Positions 31,720 to 42,593 of a stretch of 64,000 nucleotides of DNA are shown here, piece by piece; position 1 is the first letter of the stretch; the number at the start of each line of letters is the position of its first letter. The notes under the pieces are model-generated. The model worked only from the letters and a program-made list of their open reading frames with translations, was not told the origin of the DNA and made no database searches. Made by a program: the position numbers and the translations under genes. This DNA is from Alphaproteobacteria bacterium (lineage in GTDB: Bacteria; Pseudomonadota; Alphaproteobacteria; MPNO01; UBA830). The stretch lies in assembly GCA_965214975.1 (NCBI GenBank), contig OZ244055.1:1430994-1494993 (forward strand). Direction: 5' to 3'.

Positions 31720-33116
31720 CACGGGCCGCCCAGCCGGCGCGCGTCGGCGAGCCTTCCGGTGACGGCCGCGGCCGCCGCCGTCGCCGGGCTGACCAGGTGG
31801 GTCCGGCTTCCCGGCCCCTGGCGTCCGCGGAAGTTGCGGTTGCTCGTCGACGCCGCCCGTTCCCCGGGAGCCAGCCTGTCGCCGTTCATGCCGACGCACA
31901 TGGAGCAGCCCGGCGCTCGCCAGTCCATGCCGGCGTCGGCGAAGATCCTGTCGAGACCTTCGGCCTCGGCCCGGGCCTTGACGGTGCCCGAGCCCGGCGA
32001 CACCAGCACGGGCACCACGGCCCGGCGGCCGCGGACGACCCCGGCTGCCTCGCGCAGATCCTCGATCCGGGAATTGGTGCACGAGCCGATGAAGACGCGG
32101 TCGATCCCGATGTCCGCGATTCTCGTGCCCGGGCGCAGGTCCATGTAGTCGAGCGCCTCGCGCATCTCCCGGCGCCGGCCGGGGTCGGCCTCGCCGTCCG
32201 GATCGGGGACGCGTCCGGTCACCGGCTCCGCGAGCGCCGGGCTGTCGCCCCACGTCGCCATGGGGGCGACGTCCCCGGCGTCGAGCGCGACCTCCCGGTC
32301 GAACGCCGCGTCGGCATCCGTGGGAAGCGTCCGCCATTCGGCGACGGCACGGTCCCACATCCTGCCGCTGGGGGCGAAGGGCCGCCCCGAGAGGTACTCG
32401 AACGTCCGGTCGTCGGGAGCCACCATCCCGATCCGCCCGCCCCCCTCGATCGTCATGTTGCAGAGCGTCAGACGGCCTTCCACGCTCAATGCCGCGACCG
32501 CGGAGCCGGCGTACTCGACCGCGTGGCCGGCCGCACCGGAGACCCCGATCCCGCGGACGATCGCGATCGCCAGATCCTTGGCGGAGACCCCCGGCCCGAG
32601 CGTCCCCCCGACCGTGATTCGCATCGTTCCGGGACGCCGCTGCCAGAGGCATTGCGTGGCCAGCGCCAGGGCCGCTTCGGACGCGCCGATCCCGAAGGCG
32701 ACGCAGCCGAGCCCTCCATGGGTGGAGGTGTGGGAATCTCCGCACACCAGCGTGACGCCCGGAAGCGTGAGACCCTGTTCCGGCCCGACCACGTGCGCGA
32801 TCCCCTGGCGCCGGTCCCCCCGGGCGAAGAGCCCGATGCCGAACTCCGCGCAGTTGCCGTCGAGGGCGTCGAGAATCTCGCGGACCCGGGGCTCCTCCGG
32901 CCCGCCCTCCGGGTCCGTCGGCACGTAGTGGTCCGGGGTGGCGAAGGTCTGGCCGGGCCGGCGCACCGTCCGGCCCGCCGCACGGAGCCGGTCGAAGGCG
33001 TGGAACGACCCGTCGTGGCACAGATGGCGGTCGACGTAGAGAAGGCTCTGCCCGTCCGCGCGTTCGGCGACGACGTGCCGGTCCCAGACCTTGTCGAACA
33101 GGGTCCGCCCAGCCAC
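31719..33116 (-). CDS. leuC: 3-isopropylmalate dehydratase large subunit homolog (LeuC-like, aconitase family), 465 aa, GTG start 8 nt after the ACAD stop
   Basis: Strong similarity to E. coli LeuC as recalled ([39 protein letters not shown]). The usual HEVTSPQAF segment reads [11 protein letters not shown], one residue shorter. Confidence 0.85.
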   Translation of the reverse strand: MAGRTLFDKVWDRHVVAERADGQSLLYVDRHLCHDGSFHAFDRLRAAGRTVRRPGQTFATPDHYVPTDPEGGPEEPRVREILDALDGNCAEFGIGLFARGDRRQGIAHVVGPEQGLTLPGVTLVCGDSHTSTHGGLGCVAFGIGASEAALALATQCLWQRRPGTMRITVGGTLGPGVSAKDLAIAIVRGIGVSGAAGHAVEYAGSAVAALSVEGRLTLCNMTIEGGGRIGMVAPDDRTFEYLSGRPFAPSGRMWDRAVAEWRTLPTDADAAFDREVALDAGDVAPMATWGDSPALAEPVTGRVPDPDGEADPGRRREMREALDYMDLRPGTRIADIGIDRVFIGSCTNSRIEDLREAAGVVRGRRAVVPVLVSPGSGTVKARAEAEGLDRIFADAGMDWRAPGCSMCVGMNGDRLAPGERAASTSNRNFRGRQGPGSRTHLVSPATAAAAAVTGRLADARRLGGP

Positions 33117-33123
33117 GGAAACG

Positions 33124-34296
33124 CTACCGGCCTTCCGCGAACAGCTCGCGGCCGATCAGCATGCGGCGGATCTCGGACGTGCCGGCGCCGATCTCGTAGA
33201 GCTTGGCGTCGCGCAGCAGGCGCCCCGCCGGATAGTCGTTGACGTAGCCGTTGCCGCCGAGAAGCTGGACCGCGTCGAGCGCGGTCTCGGTCGCGCGCTC
33301 GGCGGCGAAAAGGATGGCGCCGGCGGCGTCCCTGCGGGCCGCCCCCTCCCGGTCGCAGGCCTGCGCGACGGCGTAGACGTAGGCTCTCGAGGAACTCGCC
33401 TTGACGTACATGTCGGCGAGCTTGGCCTGGACGAGCTGGAACTCCCCGATCGGGCGTCCGAACTGCTCGCGTTCGCGGACGTAGGGCAGGACGACGTCGA
33501 GGCAGGCCTGCATGATCCCCAGCGGGCCGCCCGCGAGCACCGCCCTTTCGTAGTCGAGGCCGCTCATCAGCACGGCCGCACCGCGGTCGAGCTCCCCGAG
33601 CACGTTCTCCCGGGGCACCCTGCAGTTCTCGAACGCCAGCTCCCCGGTGCTCGATCCGCGCATCCCGAGCTTGTCGAATCCGGCTCCCGGGGAGAAGCCC
33701 TCGAAACCCCGCTCGACGATGAACGCGGTGATGCCGCGCGACCCCGCGCCGGGCGTCGTCTTGGCGTAGACCACGAGCACGTCCGCGTCGGGGCCGTTGG
33801 TGATCCACGTCTTGGTGCCGTCGAGCCGGAAGCCGTCGCCGTCTGGCGTCGCCGCCAGCTTCATCGACACCACGTCCGAGCCCGCTCCGGGCTCCGACAT
33901 GGCAAGCGCGCCGACCCGCGTGCCCGCGATCAGTCCCGGAAGGTACTTCCGTTTCTGCTCCTCGCTGCCGTTGCGGCGGATCTGGTTGACGCAGAGATTG
34001 GAATGGGCGCCGTAGGACAGGCCGACCGACGCGGAGGCACGGCTGATCTCCTCCATCGCCACCACGTGCTCGAGATACCCCATTCCGGCGCCGCCGTGCT
34101 CCTCCTCGACGGTGACCCCGAGCAGTCCGAGCTCCCCCATTCGCGGCCAGAGCGCCGGAGGAAACGCGTTGTCGGCGTCGATGCCCGCGGCCAGCGGCGC
34201 GATCTCGGCCTCCGCGAAGGCGCGCACGGACTCGCGGAGCAGGTCCGCGGTCTCGCCGAGCCCGAAATCCGGAAGCCGCGGCCTGTTGGCGATCAT
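33124..34296 (-). CDS. Acyl-CoA dehydrogenase, isovaleryl-CoA dehydrogenase-like, 390 aa
   Basis: N-terminus, length, FAD/CoA binding blocks ([31 protein letters not shown]) and a C-terminal [12 protein letters not shown] match the IVD subgroup. ATG 34296 confirmed by codon count. Confidence 0.8.
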   Translation of the reverse strand: MIANRPRLPDFGLGETADLLRESVRAFAEAEIAPLAAGIDADNAFPPALWPRMGELGLLGVTVEEEHGGAGMGYLEHVVAMEEISRASASVGLSYGAHSNLCVNQIRRNGSEEQKRKYLPGLIAGTRVGALAMSEPGAGSDVVSMKLAATPDGDGFRLDGTKTWITNGPDADVLVVYAKTTPGAGSRGITAFIVERGFEGFSPGAGFDKLGMRGSSTGELAFENCRVPRENVLGELDRGAAVLMSGLDYERAVLAGGPLGIMQACLDVVLPYVREREQFGRPIGEFQLVQAKLADMYVKASSSRAYVYAVAQACDREGAARRDAAGAILFAAERATETALDAVQLLGGNGYVNDYPAGRLLRDAKLYEIGAGTSEIRRMLIGRELFAEGR

Positions 34297-34385
34297 GCCG
34301 GAAGCCCGGCCCGGCCCGAGGCGCGGGAGCCGGGGAAGCCCGGCGTCATGCGGGCGCCGCGGCGGCGTCCGGCGGCCGGCGCATC

Positions 34386-34934
34386 TCAGTCCCCTCCGGC
34401 GAGCTTTTCCGCGAACTGCGCGCGCCAGTCCTCGATCGGCCTGAACGAGGGGTCGGCCCTGGCATGGGCCTCCGACCGGGAGAGGATCTCCTCGTCGGCG
34501 AGCGTGAGGTCGAGATCGTGGCGGTGCGGCTGGTCGATGTACCAGGGCGTGTCCACGAACGCCTCGAGCCTGTTGCCTTCCGGATCGAAGAAATAGACCG
34601 ACCAGGCGTTGCCGTGGTCCGTCACGTAGACCTCCTGCACGTCCTCGTCGCTGCTGACGGCCTCGTGGACCCGGCGGAGATCGGCGAGGCTCCCGCAGCG
34701 GAAGGAGATCTGGTTGACCGTGGTCTGCTCGGTCTCGGGCCTGCGGCCCTCGGCGACGATCACCTGATGGTGATCCCGCGGATCCCTGCTCATGAAGGCG
34801 TATCTCCTGCCGTGAAGGAGCCCCTCGTCCGACACGGCGAAACCGAACATGCGCACGTAGAAGGCCTTCATGCGCTCGTAGTCCCTGACCCAGATCCCGA
34901 CATGGGAAAGGGTCATCTCGGGCAGCATGGCCAT
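34386..34934 (-). CDS. VOC (glyoxalase / bleomycin-resistance / dioxygenase) family protein, 182 aa
   Basis: SD GGAGGA before ATG 34934. [18 protein letters not shown] and HH..V..........[10 protein letters not shown] are typical VOC beta-alpha-beta-beta-beta motifs. Confidence 0.6.
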   Translation of the reverse strand: MAMLPEMTLSHVGIWVRDYERMKAFYVRMFGFAVSDEGLLHGRRYAFMSRDPRDHHQVIVAEGRRPETEQTTVNQISFRCGSLADLRRVHEAVSSDEDVQEVYVTDHGNAWSVYFFDPEGNRLEAFVDTPWYIDQPHRHDLDLTLADEEILSRSEAHARADPSFRPIEDWRAQFAEKLAGGD

Positions 34935-35123
34935 CGCGGATCCTCCTCTGCGGGCTCTGCGGGGTTCCCGTGCCGGCTTCCCGCGCCATCCCGGCGGAAA
35001 GCGCCGCGGATCCCCTCTATAGCGGCGCGAGGACCGGTTATCAACTTGCGGCCGTCTCCGGGGCGGCTTGCCGGGAACGGCCGGAACGGCTATTGACCGG
35101 GGGGCTTCAAACCGGAGGATCGA

Positions 35124-35972
35124 ATGAGACTTGCAAGCTTCATCGCGGACGGGGAACCGTCCTTCGGCATCGTGGACGGCGACGGCATCGTCGACGCCGG
35201 CGGGCTGGCCGAGAACGTCTCGACGCTGCGCGAGGCGATCGCCTTCGGCGCGCTCGAGGACATCGGCCGGGCGGCCTCGGGCCGCAGTCCGGACCACAGC
35301 CTCGGCGACGTCGAGTTCCTGCCCCCGATCCCGGATCCGGACAAGATCATCTGCATCGGCCTGAACTACCGGAGCCACGTGCTCGAGGGCGGGCGCGACG
35401 TGCCCGAGCACCCCATGATCTTCACGCGCTATCCGAACTCGCAGGTCGGCCATCTCCAGCCGATGGTCAAGCCGAGGGTCTCGGACAAGTTCGACTACGA
35501 GGGCGAGCTCGCGGTGGTCATCGGCAAGCACTGCCGCCACGTGGCGGAGGAGGACGCGCTTTCCGTGGTTGCCGGCTACTCCTGCTACAACGACGGTTCG
35601 GTGCGCGACTACCAGCGCCACACCAGCCAGTTCTACCCCGGCAAGAACTTCTTCCACTCCGGCGCGTTCGGCCCCTGGATGGTGACCGCCGACGAGATTC
35701 CCGACCCGACCGGGATGACCCTGCTCACGCGCCTCAACGGCGAGGAGATGCAGCGGGCGACGACGGACGACCTGCTGTTCGACATCAACCAGCTCGTCGC
35801 CTACCTGACGACGGTCACCGAGCTCTACCCGGGCGACGTGATCTCCACCGGCACCACCGGCGGCGTCGGCATCTACCGCGATCCTCCCGCGCTGATGAAG
35901 GAAGGCGACACGATCGAGGTGGAGCTCGACCGGATCGGCATACTGGAAAACCCGGTCGTGAACGAAAGATAG
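35124..35972 (+). CDS. Fumarylacetoacetate hydrolase (FAH) family protein, 282 aa
   Basis: SD GGAGGA before ATG 35124. FAH-family motifs KIICIGLNY, YEGELAVVIGK, LYPGDVISTGTTGGVG. Confidence 0.8.
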   Translation: MRLASFIADGEPSFGIVDGDGIVDAGGLAENVSTLREAIAFGALEDIGRAASGRSPDHSLGDVEFLPPIPDPDKIICIGLNYRSHVLEGGRDVPEHPMIFTRYPNSQVGHLQPMVKPRVSDKFDYEGELAVVIGKHCRHVAEEDALSVVAGYSCYNDGSVRDYQRHTSQFYPGKNFFHSGAFGPWMVTADEIPDPTGMTLLTRLNGEEMQRATTDDLLFDINQLVAYLTTVTELYPGDVISTGTTGGVGIYRDPPALMKEGDTIEVELDRIGILENPVVNER

Positions 35973-36319
35973 GCACGGCGCGACCCATGGCCCCCCGGCG
36001 CGGATCCCGCGAGCGAGGAAAGCCTGCCGCGAAGCAGCCGGGACGCCCGAGCCGCTTCCGGCACTCCGCCCGAAGGCGGTGTTCCGGAAGCGGCTCCGCC
36101 GACGTCGTTTCGCCGGGCGGCGCCTCCGGGAACAGGGACGGGCGCACGCTTTCCAGCGCCTCCGTCCGGCGCGCCCGCAACGGCGAGCGTTGAGGCCCCG
36201 GCGCGGCGCGGCAACGCCTTCCGGCCGGGATGGCGACGCGGGCGGAACGCCCGGAGACCTCCGGGCGCCGGGCGGCGAACCGGCTCGAGACGCCCTCCGG
36301 CGGCTTCGCCGGATCCGCT

Positions 36320-37846
36320 CTACGTCAGCCGCACCCGCCTTTCGACCGCCGACTCCGAGGCGAGGTGTTCGAGGATCATGTCCCGGAACGCCGGATACTG
36401 TTCGGAAATTCTGCGACGGGCATCCTCCGGCATGTCGCGTTTCCGGCGCTCGGCGGTCTCCACGGCCTCCGAGACCAGGGCGTCCTCGTCGATCGTGACC
36501 AGGCGGCCGTCCGCGATGACGGGCTCGCCGCCGACCCAGACGCTCTCGACGGATTCGCCGCCCTCGTAGTAGAGGAGGTGGCGGTGCAGATCGCCCATGG
36601 GCTGGTGCCAGTGCCCCGACGGATCGAGCGCAACGACGTCGGCGCAGGCGCCGACGGAGATCCTCCCGAGCTCGCCGGGTCGTCCCATCGCCGCGGCCCC
36701 CGCCGCGCCGGCCTCGCGGAACAGGGTCTTCGCGTCCGGCCATTTCTCGAAGTCGGGCTCGGTCAGGCGCGTGAAATACGCCCCGATGCGCAGGTTCTCG
36801 ATGTAGCTCGCCGGCCCGCAATTGCTGCCGTCGGTGCCGAACGCCACCGGGATGCCCTCGGCCCTCAGCCTGACGACCGGGCATATGCCGGCGCCCAGCA
36901 TCCCGTTCGACTGGGGGCAGTGGACGACCGTCGCGCCGGCCTCGCGGGCCGCCGCGATGTCGTCGTCGTCGGCCCAGACGAAATGCACGAGCGAGGCCCG
37001 CTCGCCGATGATCCCGTGCTCGAGCAGCAGGCGGACGAAGCCCGGGCCGCCCGGCCTGCGCATCGCCGCCTGGGTTCTGGTCTCCAGCATGTGGGTCTGG
37101 ATTCCGGCGCCGTGCCGGCGCTGGAACTCCCCGGTCATGCGGATCAGCCCGTCCGAGCAGCGCTGCACGCCGTCGACGCCGAGAATCGCGTGCACCCGGA
37201 GCTCCGGCGACCCGCGGGCCCCGAGGGCCTCGGCCATGATCGAGAAGTAGCGCTCCGGATCCGGACGCGGCTGTTCCGCGTACCATCGGCGGAGGTCTTC
37301 GGAAAGCGCGCCCTCGCCGAGCGGAACCGTCTCCGCGTAGGGCCGGTCGGAGAACATCGGCGCGACGGTCGCCCGGATCCCGATCCCGTCGAAGCCCCCG
37401 CACACGCCGTCGAGCCCCTCGGGAGTGAGCATCGGCCGTTCCGAGTAGTGGTCGATGACCGACGTCACGCCCCGGCGCAGCATGCTGAGCGCGTCGAGCT
37501 GGGCGCTGACGCGGCTCTCCCGCGGCGTCATGCCGCCGCCGGCGGCGATGACGTGAAGCATGTAGATGTCGAGCGGCTCGCTCTCGACGGTCCCCTTGAG
37601 AAGCGCCGAATAGGAATGGCTGTGGGCGTTGACGAAGCCGGGGACGACGATGCGCCCGGCGAGGTCGACGGTCTCGACGGGCGCGCCCTCCGGAGCCCGG
37701 AAGCATCCGGGAGGGCCGACGGCGGCGATCCTGCCGTCCCGGAACCAGACGTCGCCGGGATCGAAGACCGTGGACTTCCCGTCGAAGGTCGCGACCCGGC
37801 CGCCCGCGAGAAGGCGCCAGGAGCCGGAGGGCGGCGTCACCGTCAC
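36320..37846 (-). CDS. Amidohydrolase, TRZ/ATZ-SsnA / cytosine-guanine deaminase-like family, ~508 aa, GTG start overlapping the upstream stop
   Basis: PGFVNAHSHS metal-binding motif, then HxxE ... H ... D (AFGTDGSN) ligands. GTG 37846 overlaps the stop of the 37843..38253 gene (GTGA). Confidence 0.75.
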   Translation of the reverse strand: MTVTPPSGSWRLLAGGRVATFDGKSTVFDPGDVWFRDGRIAAVGPPGCFRAPEGAPVETVDLAGRIVVPGFVNAHSHSYSALLKGTVESEPLDIYMLHVIAAGGGMTPRESRVSAQLDALSMLRRGVTSVIDHYSERPMLTPEGLDGVCGGFDGIGIRATVAPMFSDRPYAETVPLGEGALSEDLRRWYAEQPRPDPERYFSIMAEALGARGSPELRVHAILGVDGVQRCSDGLIRMTGEFQRRHGAGIQTHMLETRTQAAMRRPGGPGFVRLLLEHGIIGERASLVHFVWADDDDIAAAREAGATVVHCPQSNGMLGAGICPVVRLRAEGIPVAFGTDGSNCGPASYIENLRIGAYFTRLTEPDFEKWPDAKTLFREAGAAGAAAMGRPGELGRISVGACADVVALDPSGHWHQPMGDLHRHLLYYEGGESVESVWVGGEPVIADGRLVTIDEDALVSEAVETAERRKRDMPEDARRRISEQYPAFRDMILEHLASESAVERRVRLT

Positions 37847-38253
37847 CGCTCCTCGAAGACGATGTCCCGGGCGCCGTCCCAGAGCGTCATCCGGCCGAGT
37901 TCCCCGAGGTGATCGAGGCCCGAGGTCAGCGTCATGAAATGGTTGCCCGCGAGCTGTCCCATCTTGCAGGCGAAACGCACCCCGCCGTAGGCCAGCAGGA
38001 TCTCGGTCTCGCTGATGCCGCCGGGATAGAGGACGACCTGCCCCGGCGCCGGGTAGCTCGTGTGGTTCTCGTAGCCGACGCCGAAGTCGAGGTCGCCGAG
38101 CGGAATCCACACGCCCTCGCCGCTCCAGCGCACGTGGATGACCTTGCTCTCGAAGGGCATGGCGGCGCGAAAGGCGGCCGCCGTCTTCGGCGCCGCCTCC
38201 TCGAACCGGGCCTCGAACGCGAACGGTCCCGCCCGCACGACCAGATCCGCCAT
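37843..38253 (-). CDS. Hypothetical protein (136 aa), possibly a DUF3830-type cyclophilin-like fold
   Basis: Compact 136-aa ORF, translationally coupled to the downstream amidohydrolase. The family assignment is from memory and is weak. Confidence 0.35.
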   Translation of the reverse strand: MADLVVRAGPFAFEARFEEAAPKTAAAFRAAMPFESKVIHVRWSGEGVWIPLGDLDFGVGYENHTSYPAPGQVVLYPGGISETEILLAYGGVRFACKMGQLAGNHFMTLTSGLDHLGELGRMTLWDGARDIVFEER

Positions 38254-38285
38254 CGCTCCGCTCCCCGAGGCCCGCCGCAGGCCGC

Positions 38286-39713
38286 TCAGCCCGCCGCGCC
38301 GCCGCCCGGCGGCTTCCTGACGATGGCCTCCATCGTCTTGTCCAGGTTGCGGGGACGCGGTTCCGGCATGGACTGCGGAACCGGCCTGCCCCAGCCCTCC
38401 GGACCGACCAGCACGCCGTCCTCCATGACCGTGCGGCCCCGAACCATGGTCCGCACCAATCTAGCAGTGGTCTCGAAGCCGTGCCACGGCGTCATCTTGC
38501 TCTTCGAGTGGATCCTTTCGCGGTCGATCGTGCCGCCCCGCCCGAGATCCGCGAGCACGATGTCGGCGTCCGACCCCGGCTGGACCGCGCCTTTCCTCGG
38601 ATAGCATCCCCAGGCCCGCGCCGGCGCCGCGGCCGACCACCGGACGTACTGGTTGATCGTCAGCCGGCCGGCGTTGACCTGGGTCAGCATGACCGGCATC
38701 TGGGTCTCCACCCCGGGAAACCCGCAGTCGCACCGCCAGATGTCGGGATCGGCCTTCTCCTCGGGGAGATGCGGCGCGTGGTCGGTGGCGATCATGTCGA
38801 TCACCCCGTCGTGCAGCGCCTGCCACAGCGCCTCGCCGTGCCCGGGCTCGCGGATCGGCGGATTGACCCTGAGCACGCCGCCGAGACGCTCGACGTCGCG
38901 GGTGTCGAGAAGGAGGTAGTGCGGGCAGGTCTCCACCGTGACGTCGACGCCCCTCTCCCTGGCGTCCCTGAGAACCGGAAGCGCGTCGGCCGAGCTCTTG
39001 TGGGCGATGTGCAGCCGCGCGCCGGTCCACTCGGCGAAGGCGACCGCCCGGCCGACGGCCTCCACGGCGCAGATCTCGGGACGGGCGGCGAGATGGGCCA
39101 GCGGGTCGCTGCGCCCCGCGGCCTCCATGCGCGCCTGCCGGCGCGCCATGATGGAGGCGTTCTCGGCGTGGACCGTGCAGCGGTGGCCCCGCCGGGCGAG
39201 GATCTCGAAGCCCTCCAGCATGGCGCCGTCCGAGGGCGCCGGAAGATCCCCGAAGGTGTTGCCCATGAAGCACTTGAAGCCCGAGACGCCGGCGTCGATC
39301 AGGGCCTCGAGGTCGTCGATGCTGTTCTCGTCGAGCAGACCGTAGATCCCGTAGTCCACGTGCGCCTGGGCCGCGGCGCGTTCCTGCTTGAGCCCGAGCG
39401 CGGCCAGCGAGCCGGTCGGCGGATCGGTGTTCGGCATCTCGAACACGGTGGTGGTGCCCCCGCAGGCCGCGGCGGCGGTGCCGGTGCTCCAGTCCTCCTT
39501 GCGCTCGTAGCCCGGTTCGCGGAAATGGACGTGGCTGTCGACGGCGCCGGGCAGGAGGTGAAGGCCCGCGGCGTCGATTTCCACGGCCGCCCGGGGCAGC
39601 ACGCCGGGCGCTGTCACCGCGGCGACCGTCTCGCCGTCTATCGCGACGTCGGCCTCGATCGTGCTCTCGGGCGAGACCACCCTGGCGTTCCTGATTACGG
39701 TCCCGATCGCCAT
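38286..39713 (-). CDS. Cyclic amidohydrolase (dihydropyrimidinase / D-hydantoinase / allantoinase-like), 475 aa
   Basis: SD GAGGAGGGA before ATG 39713. DSHVHFREPG metal motif, carbamylated-Lys region (FKCFMG), HAEN, HIAHKSS and ATDHAPH. Confidence 0.8.
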   Translation of the reverse strand: MAIGTVIRNARVVSPESTIEADVAIDGETVAAVTAPGVLPRAAVEIDAAGLHLLPGAVDSHVHFREPGYERKEDWSTGTAAAACGGTTTVFEMPNTDPPTGSLAALGLKQERAAAQAHVDYGIYGLLDENSIDDLEALIDAGVSGFKCFMGNTFGDLPAPSDGAMLEGFEILARRGHRCTVHAENASIMARRQARMEAAGRSDPLAHLAARPEICAVEAVGRAVAFAEWTGARLHIAHKSSADALPVLRDARERGVDVTVETCPHYLLLDTRDVERLGGVLRVNPPIREPGHGEALWQALHDGVIDMIATDHAPHLPEEKADPDIWRCDCGFPGVETQMPVMLTQVNAGRLTINQYVRWSAAAPARAWGCYPRKGAVQPGSDADIVLADLGRGGTIDRERIHSKSKMTPWHGFETTARLVRTMVRGRTVMEDGVLVGPEGWGRPVPQSMPEPRPRNLDKTMEAIVRKPPGGGAAG

Positions 39714-39744
39714 GCCCGTCCCTCCTCTTCGCCGCGCGCCCGCT

Positions 39745-40539
39745 TCAGACGACCCAGCCGCCGTCGACCGCCAGATCCTGCCCCGTGACGTTGCGGGACG
39801 CATCGCTCGCGAAAAAGAGGATCGCGTTCGCGACGTCCCGGGCGGTCGAGACGCGCTTGAGCGCGTACTCGTCGGCGTGCCGCCTGCGGGCCTCCTCGGG
39901 GGTGATTCCGAGCCGGCGGGCGTTTTCCGCGCAGACCCGCTCGAAGCGCGGCCCCTCGACCATGCCGGGGCAGACGCAGTTGACGGTGATTCCGTGCTCC
40001 CCGACCTCGAGCGCCGCGCTCTTGGTGATGCCGCGCAGGCCCCACTTGGAGGCGCTGTAGGCCATGCGGAAGGCCCGTCCGCGAAGACCGAACGTGCCGC
40101 CGACGTTGACGATCCTGCCGTAGCGCCGGGCGATCATCGCCGGAAGCACCGCCCGCATCGTCAGAAAGCACCCCTTCATGTTGAGTTCGAGGATCCGGTC
40201 GAACTCCTCCGGAGAGGTCTCCCAGGACGCGGTCTCGAGCGGACCCGTGCCGCCGGCGACGTTGACCAGGATGTCGATCCGGCCGTCGAAGGCCGCGAGC
40301 GCGGCCTCGCGGAGGGCCTTCACGGACTCGGCGCGGGTCACGTCGCACCGGACGACCTCCGCCCGTCGCCCGAAGGCGGCGACCTCGTCGGCGACCTCGC
40401 GGACCGGCCCGAGATCGCGCCCGGCCAGGACGACGTCGGCGCCGGCGCGCGCGAGCGTGCGCGTGACCTCGGCGCCCATGCCCTTCGCCGGCCCGGTGAT
40501 CACGGCCACGCGCCCCCGAAGCCCGAAGTCCTCCAGCAT
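39745..40539 (-). CDS. SDR family oxidoreductase, 264 aa
   Basis: ITGPAKGMG cofactor motif, NVAG, and YSASKWGLRG (YxxxK) catalytic dyad. Confidence 0.8.
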   Translation of the reverse strand: MLEDFGLRGRVAVITGPAKGMGAEVTRTLARAGADVVLAGRDLGPVREVADEVAAFGRRAEVVRCDVTRAESVKALREAALAAFDGRIDILVNVAGGTGPLETASWETSPEEFDRILELNMKGCFLTMRAVLPAMIARRYGRIVNVGGTFGLRGRAFRMAYSASKWGLRGITKSAALEVGEHGITVNCVCPGMVEGPRFERVCAENARRLGITPEEARRRHADEYALKRVSTARDVANAILFFASDASRNVTGQDLAVDGGWVV

Positions 40540-40576
40540 CACCCGCCTTCCCCGGCCGTTCCCCGCGCGCCCGCGC

Positions 40577-41584
40577 TCAAGGGTACTCGCCGCCGATCTC
40601 GATCACGGTGCCGATGCCGGCCGCGATCGCGCGTTCCTCGACGGCCTGGGCGGTGGCGAGATCCTGGACCGGAACCCCGACCGACTTGAAGCAGGTGATC
40701 TCGTCGTCGCCCCGGCGCCCCGGCGCGCGGCCGGAAACGACCTCGCCGAGCTCGGCGATCGCGCCGCGGTCGATCGCGCCCTCGGCGAGGGGGATGACGA
40801 AGTCCCCCGCGTTGTCGAGGCAGTCCGCGCGGCTGTCGATGACCAGCCTCGAGGCCCGGGCGACGGTTTCGCTCTCGAGCTCGCGGGTGTCCGCGGAATG
40901 GGCGCCGACGGCCGCGACGAAGGTTCCCGGCCGGAGCGCGCCGGCCGGGAAGGTCGGCCGCGGCGAGGTGGTCGCGGTCACCACGATGTCCGCCCGGGAC
41001 ACCGCCTCTTCGGCGCCGCCGACGATCTCGACGCGCTCGCGCGGCCAACCGTGATCGCCGAGCAGAAGTTCCGCGAGCCTCTCGGCGCGCGCTCTGGTGC
41101 GGGTCGCGACCAGGATCTTCTCGAGGGGGAACACGCTCGCGATCGCCATCGCCTGGTAGCGCGCGACGCGGCCGGCGCCGACGAGCGCGAGAACCCGGCT
41201 GTCGGAGCGCGCGAGATGGCGCGCCGCGAGGCCGGTGCCGCCGCCGGTCCGCATGTCGGTGAGATAGCCCCCTTCCATGACGGTCCGGGGATGCCCGGTC
41301 CGCCCGTCGAACAGCGCCACGAGCGCCGTCAGCCGCGTCACGCGGCGGGCGTCGTTGCCCTCGAAATCGGAGACGATCTTGATCCCGTAGCCGCTGCCGT
41401 CCCGCAGCACGGACGGATTGAAGATGGCGACGCCCGACGGATCCTCGAGCCTCGCGAAACTCCGGAGTCCGGAGACCACCTCGCCGGCGGCCAGCAACGA
41501 GAAGGCGCGCTCCTGGATCTCGATCGCCGCCGCCATGTCGATGACGCTGCGGACATCCGCCTCGCCGAGGACGCGAAGTTTCAC
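40577..41584 (-). CDS. Ornithine cyclodeaminase / mu-crystallin family protein, 335 aa, GTG start
   Basis: GGAGG SD before GTG 41584. Rossmann motif LALVGAGRVARYQAMA and overall OCD/mu-crystallin length and layout. Confidence 0.75.
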   Translation of the reverse strand: MKLRVLGEADVRSVIDMAAAIEIQERAFSLLAAGEVVSGLRSFARLEDPSGVAIFNPSVLRDGSGYGIKIVSDFEGNDARRVTRLTALVALFDGRTGHPRTVMEGGYLTDMRTGGGTGLAARHLARSDSRVLALVGAGRVARYQAMAIASVFPLEKILVATRTRARAERLAELLLGDHGWPRERVEIVGGAEEAVSRADIVVTATTSPRPTFPAGALRPGTFVAAVGAHSADTRELESETVARASRLVIDSRADCLDNAGDFVIPLAEGAIDRGAIAELGEVVSGRAPGRRGDDEITCFKSVGVPVQDLATAQAVEERAIAAGIGTVIEIGGEYP

Positions 41585-41826
41585 CGTGGCGCCTCCGTCG
41601 CAAACCGCGTCCCGCCATGATAGAATCGACCGGCGCCCTTGGCGAGGGAACGGAGCGCCCGCGCCGTCGGCGGCGCTTCCTGGATCCCGCCGCGTCCTGC
41701 CGGTCCGTCCCCGCGCCTGCCCGTTCGGCGGTCCATCGCGAGGATGGCGCTCCGGCGGATGTCCGCCGCCGCCTCGGGGTTTCGCCCGGCCGGCGCCGCC
41801 GGATCCGGAGAAAGAAGGCCCGCGAG

Positions 41827-42504
41827 ATGAACGAGATCCTCGATCACGCGACGCTGAAAGACAAGCAACGCCGCCTCCGGAACGGCTTTCCCGAGACCAT
41901 GGGGCTGCGCGTCCACCGCGCGATCAGCTGGATCGGGCGCGCCGAGCGCTGCGGTGGCGACGACGACGCGCGCTTCGTCTTCCTGTGGATCGGGTTCAAC
42001 GCCGCCTACGCCGACGAGAACGAGTTCCGGGGCATCCCGCCGGAGGAGCGGCCCCAGGAACGGGACGCCTTCCGGAGATTCTTCGGCAAGCTCGTCGCGC
42101 TCGACCGCGAGGCCCGCATCCACGCCGCGATCTGGGACCAGTTCAGCGGACCGATCAGGGTGCTGATGGACAACAAGTACGTGTTCGGCCCGTTCTGGCG
42201 CCACCACAACGGCATCCCGGGACACGAGGACTGGGAAACGCGCCTCGAGAGTTCCAGGCGCGGCGTCCGCTCGGTGCTCCAGGCCGAGGACAGCGCCGGC
42301 GTGCTGTGCCGGGTCTTCGACCGGCTCTACGTGCTGCGCAACCAGATCGTCCATGGCGGCTCGACATGGAACAGCAGGGTGAACCGCTCGCAGGTCGGCG
42401 ACGGGGCCAGGATCCTGGCCTTCCTGATGCCCGTGTTCGTCGACGTCATGATGGACAATCCCGGCGAGGAATGGGGCAGGCCGTTCTATCCCGTAGTCGA
42501 TTGA
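41827..42504 (+). CDS. Hypothetical protein with a candidate HEPN-type R-x4-HG motif, 225 aa
   Basis: SD GGAGAAAGAAGG before ATG 41827. C-terminal RNQIVHGG fits the HEPN R-X4-6-H signature and the rest is predicted alpha-helical. Transcribed divergently from the catabolic cluster. Confidence 0.4.
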   Translation: MNEILDHATLKDKQRRLRNGFPETMGLRVHRAISWIGRAERCGGDDDARFVFLWIGFNAAYADENEFRGIPPEERPQERDAFRRFFGKLVALDREARIHAAIWDQFSGPIRVLMDNKYVFGPFWRHHNGIPGHEDWETRLESSRRGVRSVLQAEDSAGVLCRVFDRLYVLRNQIVHGGSTWNSRVNRSQVGDGARILAFLMPVFVDVMMDNPGEEWGRPFYPVVD

Positions 42505-42593
42505 GGACCGGGGGCCGGTGAAGCGGCCGCAGCCCGGCGCCCGTCGGCGGACGCGCCTCCCCCGTCCGGCCTGACCCTGTGCGTGAGACGACG

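Noticed and set aside
31102-33116. Treating the LeuC/LeuD homologs simply as the housekeeping leucine-biosynthesis genes
   Set aside because: Not fully rejected. Their tight operonic coupling to an acyl-CoA dehydrogenase and carboxylase, and the altered HEVTSPQAF segment, argue against it, but the rest of both proteins is near-canonical. They are flagged as uncertain rather than renamed.
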